A stretch of 64,000 nt of DNA from a virus, in IMG/VR virus record IMGVR_UViG_3300023179_000093, positions 8,082-72,081 of that record; one strand, given 5' to 3'. Within the stretch, counting starts at the first letter, position 1; each line of letters opens with the position of its first letter. Below, one piece after another: positions 35,250 to 42,864 of the stretch. The notes under the pieces are model-generated. The model ran no database searches. It was not told where the DNA came from and saw only the letters and a list, made by a program, of their open reading frames with translations. The position numbers and the translations under genes were made by a program.

Positions 35250-37457
35250 GTGTCACTAAATCTAGAAACCATTACAGACAGCGGAAAACCGCCACGCTCA
35301 AGAATTAAGGACGCAAAAAGCGCCCATTCAATTTTTCTTACGATGCGGAATGCCGATGATTCTTCGGCAATCGACCGCCAAAAAGTGCAGGCAATGCTGG
35401 ATGGAGAACCTCCCTACAACCCGAGTCAGTTGAAATCTCTTGGGCAGGGGTATCGAGCCAACCTCAACTTTGGTGAAGCGGCCGCAGCTCTTGAGACTTC
35501 TTTGGCCGCTTATTCGGATCTCGTCAACTCGGTGGACAAATTGGCTTTGGTCAAAACCTCCGAAGGGGATCCCTCTCAAAGAGCCGAGTGGGAGAGCATT
35601 ATCGCCGAGGAGTTTCATCGGACTTTGGTGGATTGGGACGAGTTTTATTACAAACAGCAGCTTCTTGCTCATCAGTTTGTCGCTTATGGAGTGGGAGTCA
35701 CTTTCTTTGAGGATAACCGAAATTGGCAGTGGAATGTCTGTGGTCTTAAAGACTTTCGTGTTCCTCGGGGAACACCAGCCTGCGACAGCAAGGTAGAAAT
35801 TGCTACGATTGAGCGTCACTACCTTGTAGGTGAGCTATATCGCTTTATTGAGAATCCAAAGATCGCCAAAGAACTTGGCTGGAATGTCGAGGAGACTCGA
35901 AAAGCCATTTTGTTGGCGACGGAGACGAACAAGGCAACGGGTAGGGATTGGGAAAACCTCCAGGCTGAACTCAAAAACAACGATCTAGTCTATTCGCTGG
36001 CTCGCAGCAAAGTTGTACGCTGTGTTCACTATTTTGCCCAGGAGTTTGACGGAACTGTTTCCCACTATATCGGCACTCGTTCTGGCACCGAAAACGATTT
36101 TCTTTTCCAAAAGCCAAGTCGGTTCAAGCACATCAACGAAGCCTTCACGATGTTTACTTATGGGATTGGAACCAATGGCTTACTGCATTCTATCCGTGGG
36201 CTAGGGTACAAGATCTTCCCCTTTATCCAGCTTTCCAACCGCCTACGGAATCAAGTGGCAGACGGAGCGATGCTTTCCTCGGCCTTGATGATTCAGCCTG
36301 CCACTGGTGAGGATGCCACCAATCTCAACTTAATGTTTAATGGGCCTTTGTCTGTCCTTCCCCCAGGACTGAATATTATTGAAAAGGCCAACCCAAACCT
36401 TTCCGCCAATGTTCTTCCGATCATTCGGGAATTTGAGCTAGTTCGTCAAAACAACACTGGCACTTACAACCAGAGGCAGATCATGCCCGATGGAGACGCT
36501 AGGACGGCCACCGAGGTCAACGCCCAGCTTGCACAGCAGTCGATCCTTTCCGTCCAAGCGATGAATCTTTTTTACACTCCTTGGGGCAAGTTGCTCAGCG
36601 AAATGTTTAGGCGTCTGGCCACGGTCAAATATCGGGCAGACGAGCCGGGTGGCCGAGCCGCTATTGATTTCCGCAAAAGAGTTGAGGCGAGGGGAGTTCC
36701 GTGGAAGGCGGTTGAAAAAGTTTACCGAGTCCAAGCGATTCGTGCCGTTGGTGCGGGTAGCCCAGGTGCTCGGCTTCTTGCGTTTAACGAATTTCTACAG
36801 ATGCTTCCTCGGTTCGACGAAGTTGGCCAAAGGAATCTTATTCGGGATCGTGTGGCCGCTCGGGTTGGGTACGACCAGGTGGATCGCTATCTACCCAAAG
36901 CCGAGACAGAGCGGTTGCCCGTCGACGCCAAGATTGCCGAACTTGAGAATGACGCAATGCAGGGAGGACGAGGCGTCAGCGTCAACGCCGGGGAAAACCA
37001 CGCCGTTCATCTTAAAGTTCATTTGGAAGACTGCATTCGTTTCTTGCAAGCTCTCCAACAGAGCCAAGTCGACAAGAAAACGGCCTTTGCTTACCTACAA
37101 CTCCAGTACCCGCATTCTTCGCAACATCTTTCTCAACTTGCGGCTGATCCAACTAGAAAACAAGAAGTCGGAGCCGCAAAGGAAGTCCTCAATCAAGTTA
37201 GGGAGGCGGTGGAGAATATTGGAAAACAACTTCAAGCTGAGGCACGGAGAGCTCAACAAATGGCGGCACAAGAAGGTGTGGGACAAGCCATTGACCCCAA
37301 GCTTGCGGTGCAAATGCAAAAAGCCGCTCTTGAGTCTCAAATCAAAATGAGCCAAGCCAAGGTGGATCAGCAAATCAAGATGGCCGATGCTCAGCAGAAG
37401 ATGGCAATTCGTGATGCGGAAGCCGCCCAGAAGATTCGTGAAAAAAGCCTTGCGTGA
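35250..37457 (+). CDS. Portal protein
   Basis: 735 aa after terL; 'RTATEV' motif; Gln/Ala-rich C-terminal helix as in P22-like portals. Confidence 0.82.
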   Translation: MSLNLETITDSGKPPRSRIKDAKSAHSIFLTMRNADDSSAIDRQKVQAMLDGEPPYNPSQLKSLGQGYRANLNFGEAAAALETSLAAYSDLVNSVDKLALVKTSEGDPSQRAEWESIIAEEFHRTLVDWDEFYYKQQLLAHQFVAYGVGVTFFEDNRNWQWNVCGLKDFRVPRGTPACDSKVEIATIERHYLVGELYRFIENPKIAKELGWNVEETRKAILLATETNKATGRDWENLQAELKNNDLVYSLARSKVVRCVHYFAQEFDGTVSHYIGTRSGTENDFLFQKPSRFKHINEAFTMFTYGIGTNGLLHSIRGLGYKIFPFIQLSNRLRNQVADGAMLSSALMIQPATGEDATNLNLMFNGPLSVLPPGLNIIEKANPNLSANVLPIIREFELVRQNNTGTYNQRQIMPDGDARTATEVNAQLAQQSILSVQAMNLFYTPWGKLLSEMFRRLATVKYRADEPGGRAAIDFRKRVEARGVPWKAVEKVYRVQAIRAVGAGSPGARLLAFNEFLQMLPRFDEVGQRNLIRDRVAARVGYDQVDRYLPKAETERLPVDAKIAELENDAMQGGRGVSVNAGENHAVHLKVHLEDCIRFLQALQQSQVDKKTAFAYLQLQYPHSSQHLSQLAADPTRKQEVGAAKEVLNQVREAVENIGKQLQAEARRAQQMAAQEGVGQAIDPKLAVQMQKAALESQIKMSQAKVDQQIKMADAQQKMAIRDAEAAQKIREKSLA

Positions 37458-37470
37458 CAAATCTTGTCAC
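37454..37470. promoter_or_regulatory. Palindrome GTGACAA-ATC-TTGTCAC within a promoter-like element
   Basis: Perfect inverted repeat between TTGCGT and TAGAGT hexamers. Confidence 0.45.
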
Positions 37471-37487
37471 TGTAGAGTCAAGACCAT

Positions 37488-37781
37488 ATGAAAATTACTG
37501 ACTGGGCAAAACGAGAAGACCTTCAACTACAGTGGAAGAAAAACTGGGAAGAAAACCCGGTGATGATGAATGGACTTGAAGTCCTGCGGCAAATTGCATT
37601 GCCGTCCGAGACTCGTGTTCCTCAAGGTGCCGATGTGATTCAGTTCAACGCTTTGATGAATGCAAGGCGGGAAGGGTATTACGACGCTCTTCGCAATATC
37701 GAGGCCTTGAAAGAAGTCAAAGTCCCGACAGAAGAGTTGCCCGAGCCTTGGGAAGAGCCAGCTAAGAAGGTTTCGGAGTAA
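37488..37781 (+). CDS. Small head-module protein
   Basis: Between portal and scaffold. Confidence 0.65.
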   Translation: MKITDWAKREDLQLQWKKNWEENPVMMNGLEVLRQIALPSETRVPQGADVIQFNALMNARREGYYDALRNIEALKEVKVPTEELPEPWEEPAKKVSE

Positions 37782-37784
37782 TCC

Positions 37785-39104
37785 ATGTCCACGGTAGCCG
37801 CCGAGCCCACAGCTAAAGAAACACCTAAAGTCGAAAATCCTACCCAGCCTCAGCCAGAAGCTAAGGCCAAGGAAGTAAGCTTTTCAGATTTTTTGGATAA
37901 AGAGCTTGGGGATTCTGCTCCTGAAAAAACACCCTCGGCAAAAGTAGCGGATACCAAACCCGCTGAAACGACTCAAGAGAAAGTCGAAAAGACTCCCTCG
38001 GCGGCTACCGATGGCAAAGAAACAGCTAAATCTTCCGAACCAAAAACTCCCGACTCACTTCTTGATAAGCTTAAAAACACCATTGTTGAGGATGTTAAGG
38101 CTCAAGAGAAGCCCAAGACCGAAGAAGCTTCGGCTACCTCCAAAGACGACATTGAGGAAGCTCTCCCAGAAGGTACCTCAGCTTCGGCTCAAACAGCTTT
38201 TGCCAAGCTTACTCGTGAGCTTAAGGAAGCTCGTGGGAAGCTTAAGGAGATGGAAGGGAAGATTGCGGCTAGGACTGAAGTTGTTGAAAACAAAGGTGGG
38301 AATGTTGAGACGGACTCCCAGTTAAAAGATCTTCAAGCGAAGCTTGAAAAGCTTGCTTCTGAAAGAGAGGAGCTTGAAGGAGAACTGCGGGTTTCAAAGG
38401 TAGAAGCTACTCGTGAGTTTAAGGCGGTTGTGGCTGAGCCAACTAAGGCCGCAGTTCAGACAATCTCGGATATCGCCAAGATCTACGAAGTTCGCCCTAA
38501 CGCCATTGTAGAGGCTTCCTACGAGCCTGATGGAGCTAAGCGCAGAGCCATCCTTAAAGAGCTTACTTCTGAGATGGACGCTGTAGACGCTCTTCAGGTT
38601 CGAACCAAAGTCGAAGAATTGGTTCAGCTGAACGCTAAGCGTGATTCCATGATAAAAGAGAGCAAAAGCGTTCTTGAGGCTATGGCCAAGGCGGAAGAGG
38701 AGAAAGAGGCTGCCGAGCGTTCTAGGTATGACCAAGAGGCTAAAAAAGCTTTTGGCGAGGTTTGGGAGAACTTCCAAAAGAATGTCCCAATCCTTCAAAA
38801 GGTTGAGGGTAACGATGAGTGGAATAAGACGATTGATACTCTTCGTATCCAAGCCGAAAAGCTTGATTCCGAGCCTTTGGATCATCGCCAGAGGGCTGCG
38901 TTGACCTATCAAGCCGTTGCTCTCCCAGTCCTTGTACAGGTGTTTAAGGATTATGTTTCAAGAACAACTCAAGAGACAAATAGCCTTCGTCAAAGTCTCG
39001 ACGAATACCGCAAAGCCACGCCAGGAGCAGGATCTGGGCAAGCACCCGAAAAGTCTGCTGGCCTAGACAAGTCGGTAAGTTTCTTGGACGCAGTCACTCG
39101 TTAA
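37785..39104 (+). CDS. Scaffolding protein
   Basis: Acidic, disordered N-terminus plus coiled coil; directly before the capsid gene. Confidence 0.75.
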   Translation: MSTVAAEPTAKETPKVENPTQPQPEAKAKEVSFSDFLDKELGDSAPEKTPSAKVADTKPAETTQEKVEKTPSAATDGKETAKSSEPKTPDSLLDKLKNTIVEDVKAQEKPKTEEASATSKDDIEEALPEGTSASAQTAFAKLTRELKEARGKLKEMEGKIAARTEVVENKGGNVETDSQLKDLQAKLEKLASEREELEGELRVSKVEATREFKAVVAEPTKAAVQTISDIAKIYEVRPNAIVEASYEPDGAKRRAILKELTSEMDAVDALQVRTKVEELVQLNAKRDSMIKESKSVLEAMAKAEEEKEAAERSRYDQEAKKAFGEVWENFQKNVPILQKVEGNDEWNKTIDTLRIQAEKLDSEPLDHRQRAALTYQAVALPVLVQVFKDYVSRTTQETNSLRQSLDEYRKATPGAGSGQAPEKSAGLDKSVSFLDAVTR

Positions 39105-39114
39105 CATCCACCTC

Positions 39115-39141
39115 TTGACAAAATAAAAACTAACTTACGCT
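39115..39141 (+). promoter_or_regulatory. Capsid promoter TTGACA-N15-TACGCT
   Basis: Consensus -35; same 15-bp spacing as other promoters here. Confidence 0.55.
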
Positions 39142-39144
39142 TGA

Positions 39145-39305
39145 TCTAAGCGTTCGTTAGACACGGGTGTATTTGCGGGTCGCCGCCGCATAGTCAACAG
39201 CGAAAGCTTATCGGGCAACAAGAGCTCTGCGATGCCGGCAGGGAAAACAATAGGAGCCGCCCACACCTAGGGTGCGGGACTTACGGTTTCTAAACCTGTT
39301 AGTGA
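39145..39305 (+). ncRNA. Structured 5' leader of the capsid gene (candidate cis-regulatory RNA)
   Basis: Several hairpins including a GAAA tetraloop and a long interrupted stem at 39251-39292. Confidence 0.45.
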
Positions 39306-39321
39306 AAGGATACTAAATAAA

Positions 39322-40605
39322 ATGTCTACGACTTTTGCAGTCGAGCAGCTCTTGATCAAAGAGTCCGGCCGTATTGGCCCGGATATCTACCGCAAGACTG
39401 TCGACACCTCTCCTTGGCTCAAACTCGTGAATCAGGACGTGTGGCCTGACGAGATGGGCGATTCTGTCAGTGTGCTCGTTTACGAGCGTTCGCTGCCGTA
39501 CAACTACGACAGCAACGGCAACCTCACCAGCGTGAAAACCACCTGGAACTCTCTCACCGGTAACGGTGCGAACGGAGTTCTCGGAGCCGCTGGCGAAGGT
39601 GGCCCCAACGGCACAGGAAACTCCTTTGCTGCTGGTTCGAGCAATGTGATTGAGTTCGGTCAGAGGCTTCGCTCCTATGGGCTGAAAGCTTCCTCGATGA
39701 ACTCCCCCGACCTGTCGCTTAACGACCTGCGCTTCCCGCTCAAGCGGAAAGAGCAGCTGTCGAATGTGATGGCGATCTTGGGCGAAGCCACGGCTGAAGC
39801 CTGGAAAGAACGCTACTACGACGAGTATGTGCGTCTCTCCGAGAACAAGTTCATCGCTACGACCACGACTGGCAGTGCTATTGGCCTAACCTCGGCCAAT
39901 GGTTCCGATGTTGAGGCGTTTGGAACGGTTGACGAAACTACCATCGTTGCGCTCAATCAGCAGCATCTGGATAAGATGTACCTGCGGATGATCCGTGATG
40001 GTGGTGCTCAGGAAGCCTATGGTCGCCAGAACGGCGCTCCTCTGTTCCTGCTGATCACCAGCTACGAACAGAGCGATGCTCTGATCAAGGCCAATGGTAC
40101 TTCCGGGCAGACGGCTACCCGTGACGACTTCCGTTGGAGCGATCGGGCTAACGAGTTGCTTGGACCTCTTGGGGTGCAGCGCACCTACAAGGGTTTCCAT
40201 CACCTTGTTGATCCGTTCCCCCGTCGGTACAACTACAACAGCACGTCCAATGTTTGGACTCGTGTGTTCCCCTTCAAAAAAGTGGCAACCACTGCGAACA
40301 CCCGAACTGGCGTCAAGTATGACCTCAACTCCGATTACGAGACTGCGGAATACGAAGAGTCGATCATCTATCATCCGATGGTGTTCACCTCGCTCGTGCC
40401 GAAGCCGATCAGCGGAACTGATTCCGCCGACTTCGCCCCGCAGACCTATCGTGGTGAGTTCACGTGGCGCAACATCCCGGATCGTCAGTACAATCCTGAC
40501 GGAACGGTTGGCTTCTTCCGAGCGATCTTCGCCTCGGGCAGCAAGCCGATCTTCCCGAATCTGGGATACGTGATCCGTCACGCTCGGACTGGCCCGGTAG
40601 TCTAA
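39322..40605 (+). CDS. Major capsid protein
   Basis: 427 aa after the scaffold; strongly biased codons; AAAGGA SD; followed by a terminator. Confidence 0.85.
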   Translation: MSTTFAVEQLLIKESGRIGPDIYRKTVDTSPWLKLVNQDVWPDEMGDSVSVLVYERSLPYNYDSNGNLTSVKTTWNSLTGNGANGVLGAAGEGGPNGTGNSFAAGSSNVIEFGQRLRSYGLKASSMNSPDLSLNDLRFPLKRKEQLSNVMAILGEATAEAWKERYYDEYVRLSENKFIATTTTGSAIGLTSANGSDVEAFGTVDETTIVALNQQHLDKMYLRMIRDGGAQEAYGRQNGAPLFLLITSYEQSDALIKANGTSGQTATRDDFRWSDRANELLGPLGVQRTYKGFHHLVDPFPRRYNYNSTSNVWTRVFPFKKVATTANTRTGVKYDLNSDYETAEYEESIIYHPMVFTSLVPKPISGTDSADFAPQTYRGEFTWRNIPDRQYNPDGTVGFFRAIFASGSKPIFPNLGYVIRHARTGPVV

Positions 40606-40622
40606 TACTGGTCGATTGAATA

Positions 40623-40660
40623 GCCTCCCTAGGGTTCTACCCCCTAGGGAGGTTTATTCT
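40623..40660 (+). terminator. Intrinsic terminator after the capsid gene
   Basis: GCCTCCCTAGGG/CCCTAGGGAGGT stem followed by TTATTCT. Confidence 0.8.
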
Positions 40661-40682
40661 GTTTCTCAGCCAGAGCTCTAGG

Positions 40683-40976
40683 GTGAACCTTATCAGAGGC
40701 TGGATCAGCCTTACGGGTGGAATTATCGAGCAGGCAATTGCCGACCTCGATCTTGCCATTACCCCATGCAAAGCGAGACGAAAGCCAGAGTGGGCTTTTA
40801 CCCCAGAGCATTTTCGGGAGTTTTTTACCTTAGCCGAAGATCTTTATAGGGTCTGCGGTTTTCGATTGAACCCCGAAGCGGTGAGAGACCGACTGAACAA
40901 GAAACTTGCCAAATTGGATAAAATCTATGCCGCGCAAGGAAGTAAGCGAAATCGTCGCAAGACTAGCCGGGATTGA
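40683..40976 (+). CDS. Conserved phage hypothetical protein
   Basis: 'IIEQA..D...FF......C...NPE.VR' pattern. Confidence 0.55.
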   Translation: MNLIRGWISLTGGIIEQAIADLDLAITPCKARRKPEWAFTPEHFREFFTLAEDLYRVCGFRLNPEAVRDRLNKKLAKLDKIYAAQGSKRNRRKTSRD

Positions 40977-41157
40977 CGCTAAGCTCGACGCTTTGACTGA
41001 TCTGCTGAAAAAGCATGACAGTCATTTAACGACTCACGACGAACGCATTCGCCATCTTGAAAGGCAACTTAACATTGCCTTTGGATGGGCGGGAGCCGTT
41101 GGTTTTGTCGCTTCGTTGTTATGGTCGTGGGTGTGGGGAAAGATTGCTGGCCGCTGA
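40927..41157 (+). CDS. Coiled coil plus C-terminal TM (XhlA/holin-like)
   Basis: 'H.ERIR.LE' followed by one TM segment. Confidence 0.6.
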   Translation: MPRKEVSEIVARLAGIDAKLDALTDLLKKHDSHLTTHDERIRHLERQLNIAFGWAGAVGFVASLLWSWVWGKIAGR

Positions 41158-41175
41158 TTGTCATCTGACAAAAGT

Positions 41176-41589
41176 ATGTCAAGATTAGCTATGGGCGCCT
41201 TAATAATCCTGGCATGTCTCATTCTTTCGGGTTGTACGACAGTTTCTAGTAAGGGTTACCCAAACTTCTCAACTACAGAGGCTAGGCTTGAGGCAGCCTC
41301 ATCCGTAGCCAACCCAGAGGCAAAAGCTCATATAGAGGCCGCCAGAGAGCAATTAAAGGCCGCTAAAGAGGCTTGTTACGCCAATACCGAGGCTTTGGAA
41401 CAGGCAATTAGAGAAAAGAACGAGGCCATCAAGGAAGCGGCTGTCTGGAAAGAAAAGCAACGCAAAGCTCTTAAGGAACTTTGGATTTACCGTGGAGCCA
41501 TCCTTGCGTTTGTTCTTTGGACATTTCGTGGAGCCATATTTGGTGGAGTAATGTTTGTGGCTAGGAAATTTGTGGGGATACCCTGGTGA
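41176..41589 (+). CDS. Putative unimolecular spanin
   Basis: Lipobox LSGC, helical periplasmic region, C-terminal hydrophobic segment; lies in the lysis cassette. Confidence 0.6.
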   Translation: MSRLAMGALIILACLILSGCTTVSSKGYPNFSTTEARLEAASSVANPEAKAHIEAAREQLKAAKEACYANTEALEQAIREKNEAIKEAAVWKEKQRKALKELWIYRGAILAFVLWTFRGAIFGGVMFVARKFVGIPW

Positions 41590-41927
41590 TTCGTTGGCTT
41601 CGGTCAAACTTTCAAGGGATGGTAGCAATCCTAGTCGCTATCATCATTTTCTTTTTACTTGGCCCCATCCTTCAGGGCTTTGACACCACCGCAGGGGTTG
41701 TTGACTTAGGAAGTCTTCATGTTCTGATCTTTGGAGCGGTTAGATTTCTTTTCTGCACATTCCTTGCCTGGTCAGTACTCCAGTTGGATTGGAAGATTCT
41801 AGATCGATACATTGATCGTGGCGCGCTTAGGGACGATTGGAAGGAAGCCTGCCCAAAGACCCGTTTGTTTACTTTTGTTTTTGTTTTTGGAGTTCTTTTG
41901 ATTTCAGCAATTTTGTCATGCAAGTAG
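41586..41927 (+). CDS. Holin-like protein (3 TM)
   Basis: Three hydrophobic segments; precedes the endolysin. Confidence 0.65.
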   Translation: MIRWLRSNFQGMVAILVAIIIFFLLGPILQGFDTTAGVVDLGSLHVLIFGAVRFLFCTFLAWSVLQLDWKILDRYIDRGALRDDWKEACPKTRLFTFVFVFGVLLISAILSCK

Positions 41928-42448
41928 TTTATGTTGCGATTCTTTTTGCGTTTCTTTCCCACTCTATGGCTAGCCCAGGAGTTGAGGCGCAGAGGCTTCT
42001 CGTCATCGAGCAGGCTCGAAAATCCCTTGGTATTCGGGAAGCCACGGGTCGAAACGACGGGCCCCTGGTGGACGAGATCCTTTCATCGGTAGGTCTTGAA
42101 GGTACCAAGGCGCCGTGGTGTGCGGCTTTCATTGTCTGGGTTGGCGACAAGGCCTTTGGGGCGTCGTTATTCAATCCCTACCCTAGGTCGGCTTGGAGCC
42201 CGGTATTTCTTGCTAAACCGACATGGGATCGACAAAGGAGGGGAACCCCTCTTAAACCAGCAGATGTCTTTGGAATCTGGTTCAACTCGATGGGCAGGGT
42301 GGCGCACGTTGGCCTTGTGGAAAAGAACGAGGGGGATTGGTTAGTTACGATTGAAGGGAATACAAATGGGGGAGGGAGTCGGGACGGAGATGGAGTTTAT
42401 CGGCGTCGTCGCTTGGCTGTTAATGTACTTGGAAAGGACTGGTTGTGA
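41918..42448 (+). CDS. CHAP-domain endolysin with signal peptide
   Basis: 'PWCAAF', 'HVGLV', 'TIEGNT'; N-terminus MQVVYVAILFAFLSHSMA. Confidence 0.85.
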   Translation: MQVVYVAILFAFLSHSMASPGVEAQRLLVIEQARKSLGIREATGRNDGPLVDEILSSVGLEGTKAPWCAAFIVWVGDKAFGASLFNPYPRSAWSPVFLAKPTWDRQRRGTPLKPADVFGIWFNSMGRVAHVGLVEKNEGDWLVTIEGNTNGGGSRDGDGVYRRRRLAVNVLGKDWL

Positions 42449-42855
42449 GCCAGCACATTGGAGCCATTGGGGTTAGTAAAGTTAGCTCCATATTACTTGA
42501 AAATGGTTTTATTGTTAGCCATCCGGTATACGACAATGGTTATGACCTAATTACTGATTGGAAGGGAACTTTAAATCGTGTCCAAGTAAAGACTACTTTT
42601 GGTGGGGAAGATGGTGTAAAGAACCGAAGCAAACTTAAATTCTTTGCTTTGCGTGGGCAGGGTGGCCAAAACAGAAGCCCAAAAAAACTTTATGGCAAAG
42701 GCATAGCAGATGCCTTTGTATTTTATAACGCAAGGCACAACGCTATCTTTGTAATACCTAACGACAAACTCCCAAAAACTACCTCAGTCTACTTTGCCCC
42801 CAACTGCACTTGGCGCGATAATTGGGATGTCTTGCGAAATCCAAAGAGGGGATAG
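42445..42855 (+). CDS. PD-(D/E)xK homing-endonuclease-like protein
   Basis: 'G..VS.P..D..YDLI.D.......VQVKT', 'Y.....D.F'. Confidence 0.8.
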   Translation: MSQHIGAIGVSKVSSILLENGFIVSHPVYDNGYDLITDWKGTLNRVQVKTTFGGEDGVKNRSKLKFFALRGQGGQNRSPKKLYGKGIADAFVFYNARHNAIFVIPNDKLPKTTSVYFAPNCTWRDNWDVLRNPKRG

Positions 42856-42858
42856 ACT
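42832..42858 (+). promoter_or_regulatory. Promoter TTGCGA-N15-TAGACT
   Basis: ATG of the tail gene 6 nt downstream. Confidence 0.5.
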
Positions 42859-42864
42859 TTACCT

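Noticed and set aside
36649-37350. 233-aa same-strand alternative-frame ORF within the portal
   Set aside because: Arg/Leu/Lys-rich frame-shadow composition with no recognisable motif, unlike the nested MTase subunit.
39886-40581. 231-aa antisense ORF in the capsid gene
   Set aside because: Consequence of strong codon bias.
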